Virus record (IMG/VR): IMGVR_UViG_3300018719_000005 | Coordinates: 1 to 63,707 of that record | Source of the DNA: a virus | DNA: 63,707 nt | Reading direction: 5' to 3' (one strand) | Shown here: positions 19,074 to 28,476 of the stretch, in pieces | How positions within the stretch are numbered: position 1 is the stretch's first letter | Layout of the letters: each line of letters begins with the position of its first letter | Notes under the pieces: model-generated | Told to the model about the DNA's origin: nothing | Database searches by the model: none | Seen by the model: the letters and a program-made list of their open reading frames with translations, nothing else | Program-made: the position numbers and the translations under genes

Positions 19074-20092
19074 CCCAGAACCTCCTCTAGTGGTCGGCAC
19101 GTTACCGTTGTAAGTTCGCCGTTAGATACGGTACAAGAATATCGGACCGATGAGATGACCCATTTTATCGTGTATCCTCTGTTTCCAAGTTTACGAATTA
19201 TAGTTGCGTAACGTCCCGGCTTAACTACGCGGGTACCTTTGATCACAAGCTCAATCTCATTGCTGCCGATCTTGTTACGAGCCATGCGCTCTTTCGCAGC
19301 CTTTAGGGTATCTTCTCGGGTCTTCCCGCCATTCATAACCATACGACGTTTAAAAGCCTCTGGCAGAGACTTGTCGATCTCTTTCACCAGAGGCTTTCCC
19401 TTACCTGTTCCGTAGGCCCAAATTTCACGCTTTCGCTGAGCTCCTGAACGCTTGCGGCGCAGGCTTTTATATCGTATGTCTGTTGCTACTTGCGGTGAGT
19501 CTGTAAAGACGTACCGTACGTCTGTTTTGGGTTCAAACTTGCCCAGGTAAGCCGTTCCGTCAATGCGGTAAAGGCGGATGTCGTTTTCCAGTGCATGCTC
19601 CTCGATGGTGTCCCATCCGTTTTGGCCGATGCGGATCTGCTTGGCGTCCAGCTTGATCGTGGGACCTGTATACACCAAAGGGATACCGAACTCACCAAGG
19701 ATTCCTGCAGCGAGGTCCTTCAAGGTGATTGTCTTGTGCGTGGTAGGGACGGCATCATTTTCGATGACATAAACGCCGCTGTCCCGACCGTCAAGCCGTA
19801 AAAGATCGCCCTGGCTAGTATCGTACATCTCGTCTACATCATCGAGAAATCCGTTCAGGATACCTTCCCGCCCGCCTCCGGCAGGGTACTCAGCAAACAG
19901 ATTCACTTTATCACCAAAGCCAAAAAGGTCTGTGTAATTTGAGCCAACGTTCGCAACATCGAGAACGAACCTGTCGGCAGCGCGTGAGATATCGATCGTG
20001 ATATCCCATTCCTTGACCCGATTTGCTTCCCATTTAGGACCCTTGAGGGTTTCGACGATTGCTCTGAGTACCTTTTGGAACGTGTCAGCCAC
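19070..20092 (-). CDS. Baseplate hub / late-control-D-like protein (XkdQ-like)
   Basis: 340 aa between the LysM protein and the baseplate genes. Confidence 0.65.
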   Translation of the reverse strand: MADTFQKVLRAIVETLKGPKWEANRVKEWDITIDISRAADRFVLDVANVGSNYTDLFGFGDKVNLFAEYPAGGGREGILNGFLDDVDEMYDTSQGDLLRLDGRDSGVYVIENDAVPTTHKTITLKDLAAGILGEFGIPLVYTGPTIKLDAKQIRIGQNGWDTIEEHALENDIRLYRIDGTAYLGKFEPKTDVRYVFTDSPQVATDIRYKSLRRKRSGAQRKREIWAYGTGKGKPLVKEIDKSLPEAFKRRMVMNGGKTREDTLKAAKERMARNKIGSNEIELVIKGTRVVKPGRYATIIRKLGNRGYTIKWVISSVRYSCTVSNGELTTVTCRPLEEVLG

Positions 20093-20762
20093 GGTTAGGC
20101 ACCCCTTTCAATAACAGCTTGATTCCAGGTTTCATATCCGAAACATCCACCTTGTTATCGAGCATGATCTGTTTAAATTTGCCGGCGTCCTTGTAGTGAT
20201 CTTTTGCGATTCCCCAGAGAGTATCGCCACTTTTTACGATGTACGTAATATCTCTGGCTTGTGGCGTAGAGCCGGAACCGTTGGATGCTCTAGTTGACTG
20301 GCCTGACGTACCGTTCGAAGATCCTCCAACGATTCCCGTGCTATTTTTTGCCGCAGCCGTGCTAGATTGAGGCGGCACATGCTCAACAAAAGTAAAGGAG
20401 TACGGTATATCACCCACCGTACCCCCGTCCCTGTTCGCTTTCAGATTTGATATACGGAAGAGACGGCCTTCCACAGCTTCACCGAGCTCACTGTCGTATA
20501 CTTTCCCGATCGCTCCCACATCATGCAATCGCCAGAGGTTATTGATAAAGATTTCCGGTTTTGGTGAAACCATCGCGGGATTCTGAAGGAATATCCCTCG
20601 GACCTCTACCCGTACCGGCTGCCGCCCCATGTCCTCGGTCTCGGCACCCTGCCGATGTGGGTATTGATGCTCGACGATTAGCTTTGAGCTGTCGAATCCG
20701 ATGTATTCAGGGTTGTAGTACCATTTCATTGTTCCTCGATCTGTTTCGAAGGATAAGGGCAT
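20085..20762 (-). CDS. LysM-domain tail protein (XkdP-like)
   Basis: C-terminal LysM: YIVKSGDTLWGIAKDHYKDAGKFKQIMLDN. Confidence 0.8.
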   Translation of the reverse strand: MPLSFETDRGTMKWYYNPEYIGFDSSKLIVEHQYPHRQGAETEDMGRQPVRVEVRGIFLQNPAMVSPKPEIFINNLWRLHDVGAIGKVYDSELGEAVEGRLFRISNLKANRDGGTVGDIPYSFTFVEHVPPQSSTAAAKNSTGIVGGSSNGTSGQSTRASNGSGSTPQARDITYIVKSGDTLWGIAKDHYKDAGKFKQIMLDNKVDVSDMKPGIKLLLKGVPNRG

Positions 20763-20808
20763 TCACTAATCACCTGCCTATAACCGTCTTATTACACGAA
20801 GTTGTTAT

Positions 20809-23800
20809 TTACATCCTATCTCTTAGTTCTCTCATTTTTACTGACTGCAATGGTGTCAGAGTTCTGCTGTCATGCGTACGGGAAGCATACGTTGAAATAT
20901 CACCCCGGGTAACTTGTACCGCCCTGTTATCTTCCACTAGGACGTGGAGATCGCTAGTTGATTGAACTTGTATTGGTTTTTCATTCAATTTGTTTAATTG
21001 GGCAATCAGGCTGGGGATGATTGTTGCTGCAACTCCATCAGATTTTGGTCGTGATGCTGTAATATTATCGATCATTTCTCGTTTGTAGCTTCCTTTTACG
21101 AAAGGGTCGTTCTCAAGCTCGCGAATTAATGCTGCTATCTCCCGTCCGGATGGTTCAGGAACTGCCCACATGCCGCCAGCAGGCATTCCTTCATAGTGCT
21201 TACGCAATTTTTCTTGTTCTGCCCATTCTGGAGCCAGTTTTCGACGTAGTTTCTTTTCGGTCATAGCTTCAGACACATCGGATTGATTGCGCACCCCATT
21301 GATACGACGATCCACATACGCTGCAACATCTGTGGCGTTGTCTCCAAAAATGTGCTGTTTTCTATCGTTCATGTTCTTCTCAGCTTCGACCCAAAGCTCT
21401 TGAGAGATTCGGTTTAATGTCTCATTACTGACGCGATTACGATATCCAGCAATCATGTCTCCAACAGTCTTCATTTCTTTATGGTATCGCTCTGTTTGTT
21501 CTGCAGAATTTCCATAAAAATTACCGCCGTGAGCCTGTTCATACCAGAATGTTGCGCCAGCATACGTATTTTGTCTTCGCTCTTCTTCCACGCCGGTTAC
21601 ATCTTCAGTTGCAGAAGCAACGATGCTACTAACCCCATAAGAAAGGCCTAAAGCTGCCACTATTCCAGCAGCAGTTGTTGCTGCTTCAGTAGCAAGGGCC
21701 CGTTTAGTGGTGCTTGCTGCAGCCTCTCCGGCTGTTGTAAGTACTGCTCCCCTTCCGACGCCGCCAGCTTTACCAGTTTTCCCTCCCGACAATCCACCTT
21801 CAATATCATCACCATAAACGTGGACGACGTTGGCCTTGATGATTTTATCATCACCAAGCAAGTCTGAAACTGAACCACCGACTTCTTTGCCTCTGACAGT
21901 TTCAGCAAGTGACTTCCCAGCATCGTAGATGTTTTTTCCGTTCTCAACTAACTTGCCTGTTGTGTTCGCGGCGGCGATCGCTGCTAAGAATATAGCAGCG
22001 TTTTTAGCTGCTTCAGCAAGACCTTGCAATTCGCCAGGGAGATTTTCGATTTTTAAATCCGTGGCTTCTAGGGCAAGAACTACTTCCTTGGCAGCACCAT
22101 TGATATCCCCATTTAAAAGATTAAGTAGCGCTTTACCTGCCCCCGTTGCGAGTGGAGTAAGGGATACCCCGATCTGGAATCCATCCAGCGCTAATTCGGA
22201 AAGTTGCACGAAAGTATCAGCTATCTCAGGGTTCAATTCCCTTTCAAGAAGATCGGCAGACTCCTTAACACCCTTTTTAATCGCATCAAAGCTGAATAGG
22301 CCCTCTGTCGCCATGGCAATTAATTGCCGAGCTGCTGCATCGAGTGTTGGCTCCAACGAGCGCCCGACTTTACCTTGAATCTCGTCCACGGCCTTGCTGA
22401 GCGCAACGAGATCCCCCTTGCTTGTGTTTGCTCGATCGTCCGCGTACCGCTTTGTGATTCCGTCACTCCCGCGAATAGCGTCAATTGTTTCAAGCAATTT
22501 GTCGTAGCCATCATTAGCAAAGATGGTTGTCACACTTGCAGCTTCTTTTCCAAAGATAGTCGAACCGACCTCAAGCTGTTGATCCGTTGTTAATTGGCTC
22601 ATGTATTTGTTCATGATGGCAGCTTTCCGGAGAATCTTCTCGTTCCCCTTCTGGTTTACTGCAACGGTGTTGTCAGCATCAACCGCCGCATTGACGGAAT
22701 TCACTTCTTTGATTATCGCGTCAATCGCTTGCCCTACTTTTTCCGATGACACTTTGCTGCGTGCAGCGTCACTGATTCCCATATTTGAGCTTTCGATGAA
22801 CAGTGTGCGAAGAGCAGTACCAGCTGTTTCCCCCTCCACACTGATTTTGGAGAGGAGAACCTGCATGGCCTGAGAAATTGCGTAATCTACTCCGCCTATG
22901 GCATTACCAAAGTCAGTGTACTTCTCCGCGAACAGCAAATCTCTCGGGTCCAATGAGGACATATCAACTGTCTTGGTGAATTGGTCAGCGATCTTCTGGA
23001 AGTTCGCCGTAGTGAAGTCCATCTTGCTGACTTCCAGTTTGTTGGCTAGATATTTGGCAGCGATATCCGGCGCTAGTCCAGTTGCTTGGGCAAAGTCGGA
23101 AACTACGGGGAGTGCCGCTTTAACTTGTGCCGGATTCATGTTGTTCTTTGCAAGTTCAGTGGCCATTCCAATCATGCCCATGACATCGGTTTCGCGGTCT
23201 TTTCGTAGTCCCTGCGCTTGGATAAACTTTTGGAGATCCGCAAAGTCCTTTTGGAATGCTCCCTCATTGAGAACTCCGTTGTTGTAGTAACTTGATTTCA
23301 GTACGGAACCAAGTTTCGAAAATTCGTATTCCTGGTTCACGCTTTTATTTACACTCGTCACGCCAAATCCGACCGTTGCAAGTCCGCCTACGTAAGCACC
23401 CCGACGAATCTGATCACTAACAAAAGACTCGAATCCAGCCGTCCCATTGTTTATTGCGTCCATCATCCCTCGCGATGCTTGTGCAACTTCCACTATTCGC
23501 TGTTTCAATAAAGCCACCCGACTGGCTGCCTGATCAGCTGCACGGCTTCCACTTTGAAATCCTCGTTCCAATTCTCTGCCAGCTTGCCGAGAGTTTTCCG
23601 TGGTTTCTTTCAGTTCTTTATTTAGGCTCTTGATATTGATGACGCCTTTCCCGATATTGTGGAGTGTATCACCAACAGTTTCAACACCATCGCCTGCACG
23701 TCGGGAAGAAGCAGCGATCTGATCCAGCGAGCTGCCGACATCGCGGCCCGTCTGCCTCGCACTGTTTCGTACGCCCTGCAGTTCATTAATGATCCCTTTT

Positions 23801-23874
23801 AGAATCTGCGAAACATTGTCTTCACCGGAGATAATAAACTCAATATCATCCTTCTTGCCCGCCTGATTCGTCAT
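20809..23874 (-). CDS. Tape measure protein
   Basis: 1021 aa, Ala-rich and helical. It sits directly after the frameshifted chaperone pair. Confidence 0.85.
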   Translation of the reverse strand: MTNQAGKKDDIEFIISGEDNVSQILKGIINELQGVRNSARQTGRDVGSSLDQIAASSRRAGDGVETVGDTLHNIGKGVINIKSLNKELKETTENSRQAGRELERGFQSGSRAADQAASRVALLKQRIVEVAQASRGMMDAINNGTAGFESFVSDQIRRGAYVGGLATVGFGVTSVNKSVNQEYEFSKLGSVLKSSYYNNGVLNEGAFQKDFADLQKFIQAQGLRKDRETDVMGMIGMATELAKNNMNPAQVKAALPVVSDFAQATGLAPDIAAKYLANKLEVSKMDFTTANFQKIADQFTKTVDMSSLDPRDLLFAEKYTDFGNAIGGVDYAISQAMQVLLSKISVEGETAGTALRTLFIESSNMGISDAARSKVSSEKVGQAIDAIIKEVNSVNAAVDADNTVAVNQKGNEKILRKAAIMNKYMSQLTTDQQLEVGSTIFGKEAASVTTIFANDGYDKLLETIDAIRGSDGITKRYADDRANTSKGDLVALSKAVDEIQGKVGRSLEPTLDAAARQLIAMATEGLFSFDAIKKGVKESADLLERELNPEIADTFVQLSELALDGFQIGVSLTPLATGAGKALLNLLNGDINGAAKEVVLALEATDLKIENLPGELQGLAEAAKNAAIFLAAIAAANTTGKLVENGKNIYDAGKSLAETVRGKEVGGSVSDLLGDDKIIKANVVHVYGDDIEGGLSGGKTGKAGGVGRGAVLTTAGEAAASTTKRALATEAATTAAGIVAALGLSYGVSSIVASATEDVTGVEEERRQNTYAGATFWYEQAHGGNFYGNSAEQTERYHKEMKTVGDMIAGYRNRVSNETLNRISQELWVEAEKNMNDRKQHIFGDNATDVAAYVDRRINGVRNQSDVSEAMTEKKLRRKLAPEWAEQEKLRKHYEGMPAGGMWAVPEPSGREIAALIRELENDPFVKGSYKREMIDNITASRPKSDGVAATIIPSLIAQLNKLNEKPIQVQSTSDLHVLVEDNRAVQVTRGDISTYASRTHDSRTLTPLQSVKMRELRDRM

Positions 23875-24223
23875 GCTCTTCCTCCTCTCCCATCAGCTTC
23901 GCTTCAAGCTCTGCCTCAATCCGTTTCCGTTCTTCTTCCCGTTTGCGCTCAGCTGCTAGTTTACGAATCCGCTGTTGTTCAATGAAGACTTTCAACTTTT
24001 CTTCCCGCTCTGGGTCGTTGAAGTTATTAACCGGTTTCCCGCATGACGGGCAGTTATGTGGCTTTCTAATCCCTAGTGCCTTGTTTGAACGGCAACTGTC
24101 GCAGTTGTAGTGCTCCTCTTTGATTTGCTCCGCAGAGCGCATCACGTACAGCCAAAGTAGTTGTTGATCGTTGAGAGTACCTGATCCGTTCAGCGGCCTG
24201 TAATCGCCGATGTCCTTGCACAT
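23846..24223 (-). CDS. Tail assembly chaperone, T-like -1 frame extension (also has its own ATG)
   Basis: The frame is reached from 24232-24657 by a -1 slip at GGGAAAG. Contains CDSC...CPSC and a Glu/Lys-rich tail. Confidence 0.6.
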   Translation of the reverse strand: MCKDIGDYRPLNGSGTLNDQQLLWLYVMRSAEQIKEEHYNCDSCRSNKALGIRKPHNCPSCGKPVNNFNDPEREEKLKVFIEQQRIRKLAAERKREEERKRIEAELEAKLMGEEEEHDESGGQEG

Positions 24224-24231
24224 GGTGTATA

Positions 24232-24657
24232 TCAGATACTCTCCAGGAGCTTTCCCTCCGCAACACCTTCTATCAAAGCTTTCAATTCGTCATCACGGAT
24301 CGAATCCAGTGTCTTGTAATGGATTAATAACCCTTGATATGCAGCCAGCAAATGGCCGACTTCTTCATCGATGAAGCGCCCGCGAAACTCGGAGCCATTG
24401 TTGAAAAGCCGTATTCCTTCCGCGTCTTTCATGGCGATTGCCAGGCGTTCGGTTTGATGAATGAATGGCTGCATGTATTCCGGTATCTCTGGGTTATCTT
24501 TGTAAAAGCGTTCCGTGTTTATCGTTGCTTCCAGCTCCTCGGCGCTCGTCAGAACGCGTAAAACAAAAACCGGGGCATCATTCTCCCCGGTTTTGAAGCG
24601 CATTTCTGGAGGCTGACCCAGCCGCAGGACTTTCAATTCCTGAGTCACGTTCATCAT
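24232..24657 (-). CDS. Tail assembly chaperone (G-like)
   Basis: 141 aa between the tube and tape measure genes. A slippery heptamer lies 7 codons before the stop. Confidence 0.65.
   Translation of the reverse strand: MMNVTQELKVLRLGQPPEMRFKTGENDAPVFVLRVLTSAEELEATINTERFYKDNPEIPEYMQPFIHQTERLAIAMKDAEGIRLFNNGSEFRGRFIDEEVGHLLAAYQGLLIHYKTLDSIRDDELKALIEGVAEGKLLESI
24250..24256 (-). other. Programmed -1 ribosomal frameshift site G GGA AAG
   Basis: The zero frame reads GAG GGA AAG. The -1 frame reads GGG AAA GCT CCT GGA GAG TAT CTG ATA TAC ACC ATG with no stop and joins ORF 23846-24223. Confidence 0.6.
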
Positions 24658-24660
24658 GAT

Positions 24661-25098
24661 TTATCCTCCTAGTGCTGATAATGCGGTATTGATAGTTACG
24701 GGTCTTCCTTTGAAGAAGTCCTGGCGCTTAGTGGATGTAAGAGTAATGCTTTCGTTTGCAGATTCGAGATTGCCGCTCTCGTCGTAGTTGGAGAATCGGA
24801 GCCCCGTAAAGACTGTTTTCCAGTCTCCCAAGTACCGTACAATCTCGGTCCCCGGATCACGTAAAAGGATATACAGAGGAACGGTATCCTCTGGATAGCT
24901 TAGCGCCACTGCCGTTTCAAGAGTAATGGTATGCTGGCGAGCCCCGGACGTTTGCCCGATCGACTCCTCACTGCCATACCCGTGAACGTGACGGCTGCTT
25001 TCGCTCTCACTGATTCGGTGGCTTTGGACGGCATATACCTTTTTGCCGTCTTTTTCCACATAGACACCACTATTAGCGCCTGCTGCAAATTGAGTCAT
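24661..25098 (-). CDS. Tail tube protein (XkdM-like)
   Basis: 145 aa directly after the sheath-position gene. Confidence 0.65.
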   Translation of the reverse strand: MTQFAAGANSGVYVEKDGKKVYAVQSHRISESESSRHVHGYGSEESIGQTSGARQHTITLETAVALSYPEDTVPLYILLRDPGTEIVRYLGDWKTVFTGLRFSNYDESGNLESANESITLTSTKRQDFFKGRPVTINTALSALGG

Positions 25099-25112
25099 GC
25101 TAATTCACCACC

Positions 25113-26132
25113 TTACGTGTTTTGGGCAGTAACTTCGCCCGTTACGCTGATTTCCAACTCTTTAAGGCCAGGGATGACATTGAAGTGGTACTTGATGTTC
25201 CCTTTCCCCCGGGTCTCCTTGTCCGGCTCGGCAATAATCCGATCGGCATCTGGTGCATAGATTTTCTCTTGTTCTGCTTTCTCGGCTAAAACAGAGTAAA
25301 TCGTATCTTTGATGTCCTGCAGGCGGGAGATTTTCGTCCGGCTGTGCTTGTTTCGGACCACTTGCTCGACATTTGTGATAACCTCGTCAACGGTGCATAC
25401 GACTTCTGGATCTTTCAATCCGGCTTCGTTGCCTTCCGCGCTTACAAAGCTCGTGGTTCCCTGGAAGATCTCAATTTGAGTCCCAGCTTTGACAAATGAC
25501 ATCAAGCCAGCTTCCGTTTGCGTGCGGAGTGTGTCGATGTGCTTAACAGTTTTGATGGTGTACCCGTTAATTCTGACACCGCCAAACGGCATCGATAGGT
25601 CACTTTCATTAGACAGGGCACCGATGGCGGCTGCTGCCGCCTCAAAGGCAGGTACCGCATTTCCCGCAAAGTCGGCCAGATTGTCATCAAATACCCAGAT
25701 CCGAAAATGATCAGTCTTGGTAACGAGTGTCGCTGTACCGCTGATCGAGACAACAGCGCGAATGGCGTTGGTCTCGCACCATGCCAGAAACTCTTTGACT
25801 TCTGCCACGGTAGCATCAGAAGTATCGTCAATGAGATAGAAATAAGCGCCGTCAGCTTCTGCGCCTTTGATTAGAGCGTTTTTGTATGCCCCAGGCTCTG
25901 GGGTTGCGCCGAGTCCCTTGTAATAAACGACACGCGGGCGCTGCTTCATTGCCCCCGACAACATTTTGGCGAGGTTGCTGTCTGTACCTACTGCAGTCAC
26001 TGCTTCATCCAGCACACTTGCGCGGGTGAGTTCAACTGCTGCCGCGGATTTACCGATCAGAATGATGCCCCGCCCTGTGCCGTATGAAAGCTGGGAACTG
26101 ACCATCTTGAAATTGCTTCGCATTAAGAGCAA
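25113..26132 (-). CDS. Tail sheath protein (positional, XkdK-like)
   Basis: 339 aa upstream of the tube gene. SD AAGGAGGGA lies 6 nt before TTG 26132. Confidence 0.6.
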   Translation of the reverse strand: MLLMRSNFKMVSSQLSYGTGRGIILIGKSAAAVELTRASVLDEAVTAVGTDSNLAKMLSGAMKQRPRVVYYKGLGATPEPGAYKNALIKGAEADGAYFYLIDDTSDATVAEVKEFLAWCETNAIRAVVSISGTATLVTKTDHFRIWVFDDNLADFAGNAVPAFEAAAAAIGALSNESDLSMPFGGVRINGYTIKTVKHIDTLRTQTEAGLMSFVKAGTQIEIFQGTTSFVSAEGNEAGLKDPEVVCTVDEVITNVEQVVRNKHSRTKISRLQDIKDTIYSVLAEKAEQEKIYAPDADRIIAEPDKETRGKGNIKYHFNVIPGLKELEISVTGEVTAQNT

Positions 26133-26149
26133 AGGTCTTCCCTCCTTGT

Positions 26150-26671
26150 TTACTCAAAAGAAGGAGAGAGGCAGATATCCGTGTATCCAGCCTCTCTCCG
26201 TTCTTTGGTTATGGTTCCGGTGTAGGTTAATTCATAGATTGATTGGGTAGCCCCCTCGTCCTCCGGCAACTCTTGATTGCGGGAGAATTTGAAGGTAAAC
26301 CCGTCTTCAAATGCAAAAGCCTGCCGCAACGCTTTGAAAATTCGCCCTCTCGTTAACTCTCCGCCATACTTACCGCGGGTGGGAATCCAGCAGTAAACTG
26401 AGAAGCCATCCACGGACTCCGCACTCTTTTCATAAACGAATTCAGCATTAGCCAGGTCAACGGCTTTCAAGCGCTCATTATGGCCATACCCCTTCGGATT
26501 ATCGAAACCCACATCTAGTTCAAAGTAGATGACTGGGCGTTCCAAGGGTATCCTTACTCGCTGATCGTTTACATGGATATGATCACCCATGACTGCCGGG
26601 CGCCCCGCAGAGCAGAGGCAGTAATCCGGCAAGGCATCGGTCATCATTTGTAAAATGCGTTCCTCAATCAT
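26150..26671 (-). CDS. Neck/tail completion protein (positional)
   Basis: 173 aa between the gp10-like and sheath genes. Confidence 0.5.
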   Translation of the reverse strand: MIEERILQMMTDALPDYCLCSAGRPAVMGDHIHVNDQRVRIPLERPVIYFELDVGFDNPKGYGHNERLKAVDLANAEFVYEKSAESVDGFSVYCWIPTRGKYGGELTRGRIFKALRQAFAFEDGFTFKFSRNQELPEDEGATQSIYELTYTGTITKERREAGYTDICLSPSFE

Positions 26672-26677
26672 GCCGTT

Positions 26678-27214
26678 TTACCTCACTTCCTGCAGCCGTT
26701 TGCGGAGCATTTGACGGCCGATTTCTTTGATACGGCCAGATTGTCTAAATTCCTGAACAGCTTTTCCGATCGTTGGTCGTGGTTTCAAGTAGATCGTCCC
26801 ATCGTGGACATAGCCAAAATATCGAGCGATCTTACTGTCACCGTAGACTCGCCAAACCCCTTTACCGATCCGCTCCGACTTGTGGGCTCGCCTGAACGTT
26901 CCAGTATTAACTGAGACCGGCCACGGCGGATCTGCTTTACCCTCGTGCATGACTTCGCGATACCATAGGTAATCAGCGTTGTTTTTGAAGTGCTTCGCTA
27001 CACGCTTACCGCCATTCTTTACGCTGTCGCGCTGGGCTGTCCTGGCTTGTTTGGCTTTCCAGTCCGGATTCATGGGGCCTGATGCGTACTCAATTGCTTT
27101 CTCCAGAATCTCCTCGGCAGCCTTTGCAGAGGTATCCTCGACTGCTAACTGAACAGCGCTATTAATGCGCTGAATCTTCGAGAGAAGCCTACTAAAATCC
27201 ACGTCCATGCGCAT
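26678..27214 (-). CDS. HK97 gp10-family head-tail joining protein
   Basis: FSRLLSKIQRINSAVQLAVEDTSAKAAEEILEKAIEYA matches the typical gp10-family N-terminus. Confidence 0.65.
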   Translation of the reverse strand: MRMDVDFSRLLSKIQRINSAVQLAVEDTSAKAAEEILEKAIEYASGPMNPDWKAKQARTAQRDSVKNGGKRVAKHFKNNADYLWYREVMHEGKADPPWPVSVNTGTFRRAHKSERIGKGVWRVYGDSKIARYFGYVHDGTIYLKPRPTIGKAVQEFRQSGRIKEIGRQMLRKRLQEVR

Positions 27215-27217
27215 GGG

Positions 27218-27661
27218 TTACGTCCCCCGAACAAGTGCGAGCCACACAGCAACCTCGTTGCCAACATACACCGGAACAGGGTTGCAAATATGCCATTTGC
27301 GCTGTGCCCATTCAATTAATTTAGCCCCCTCTGGCAATGAAGCGGTTAGCATCAAATGATCGTTGTATTGAACGGGCCCCAATCGCTCGATGTAATGGCT
27401 GAAAGCAGCCATGTGACTACTCGACATTGCTTCATACGGGAGGACAAAGGCGGCTCCTTCAGTCTTTGCTTCTTCTGAAGTCAAGTAGCCCTCCTCGTTG
27501 CAAATTGGTGATTCTGGGTTGGAGTCGTGCCAATCAGAATCTGGTTGCTGGTATGTTACGTTCCAGCATGGACACCGGGTAAGCTCACCTGATGAGATAA
27601 AGACGACTGACTGCCCGCGTTTCCGGGCTTGTTTCTGTAGATTACGAGCAATCTTGTTCAT
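27218..27661 (-). CDS. Head-tail adaptor (positional)
   Basis: 147 aa with a 4-nt overlap with the upstream gene. Confidence 0.5.
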   Translation of the reverse strand: MNKIARNLQKQARKRGQSVVFISSGELTRCPCWNVTYQQPDSDWHDSNPESPICNEEGYLTSEEAKTEGAAFVLPYEAMSSSHMAAFSHYIERLGPVQYNDHLMLTASLPEGAKLIEWAQRKWHICNPVPVYVGNEVAVWLALVRGT

Positions 27662-28041
27662 CCGTCCACCCCACTAAAGTGCCCGAAGAATCCGCTTTGC
27701 TCAGACTTTAGCCAGCTCTTCAGTTTTGTCCATCCATTAGTCACCAGCTCATTTCCGCGTTTGGCCAATTTGTCCGGATCTGCTCCAAGCTTGAGAACGC
27801 TAATATCTAGCGGACCGTCCAAAGCAATTTCACCTGCCGCAGCCAGGAGGAATTCGCCTGAGCAAATTTCCTCCGCTGCGATTGGGAGAATAACGGCAAG
27901 GGCTGGATCAGCCCCAGATAAAACGGAAAGCTTCTGATCAAGGAGAGCGGATTGCTGCCGAATAATCATTGTAATTCGTTGATCTTCATCCGTTCCGTCT
28001 ATCGCAAATCGCGCTTTTACCGATTCAACTGTACAATACAT
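27658..28041 (-). CDS. Head-tail connector, gp6/QLRG-like
   Basis: MYCTVESVKARFAIDGTDEDQRITMIIRQ matches the typical N-terminus of this family. Confidence 0.6.
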   Translation of the reverse strand: MYCTVESVKARFAIDGTDEDQRITMIIRQQSALLDQKLSVLSGADPALAVILPIAAEEICSGEFLLAAAGEIALDGPLDISVLKLGADPDKLAKRGNELVTNGWTKLKSWLKSEQSGFFGHFSGVDG

Positions 28042-28433
28042 TACTTACCAGCGCCGTTCAGGTAGCCTTGATAAAGAGCAACGCGTTTTTCTTTGTTGGA
28101 GATTGCTTCATCCTTTTCGTCAGAAGCCAGTTGAAGCTTTACCAAAAGTGCGGATTGCTCTGGAGCGCTCAGCTTCTCAAACGCTTCAAGTGAAAGTTGT
28201 TCATCTATAAGTGGCGTGTTGTCGATCACATCTACGCCTGCATTCCCATCCGGATTACCGGAATCGGAATTATCCATTTGCTCCACTTCTTTCAAGTGGC
28301 CCATGTTCAGCTTGGCTTTCACGAACCAATCCTTTTCGGCTTCCACCACTTTCCCAGATGGAAACTCCTGCTTTGTTTCAGGGTGGATATACAGTTTTCT
28401 AGGCTCTGTTGGGATAACAAGGATCTTATTCAC
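28041..28433 (-). CDS. Capsid-associated protein with SAP/HeH-like C-terminus (YqbF-like)
   Basis: Position after the capsid gene. Motif: LSLEAFEKLSAPEQSALLVKLQL. Confidence 0.5.
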   Translation of the reverse strand: MNKILVIPTEPRKLYIHPETKQEFPSGKVVEAEKDWFVKAKLNMGHLKEVEQMDNSDSGNPDGNAGVDVIDNTPLIDEQLSLEAFEKLSAPEQSALLVKLQLASDEKDEAISNKEKRVALYQGYLNGAGK

Positions 28434-28476
28434 GTAAATCCTCCTTTCAAGAATGAAAACCGCGCAACTTTTTTGG

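Noticed and set aside
21929-23287. Series of 89-149-aa plus-strand ORFs inside the tape measure gene, with similar antisense ORFs inside the toxin, portal, terminase and baseplate genes
   Set aside because: They are antisense to long, well-supported genes, have biased composition and have no ribosome-binding sites.
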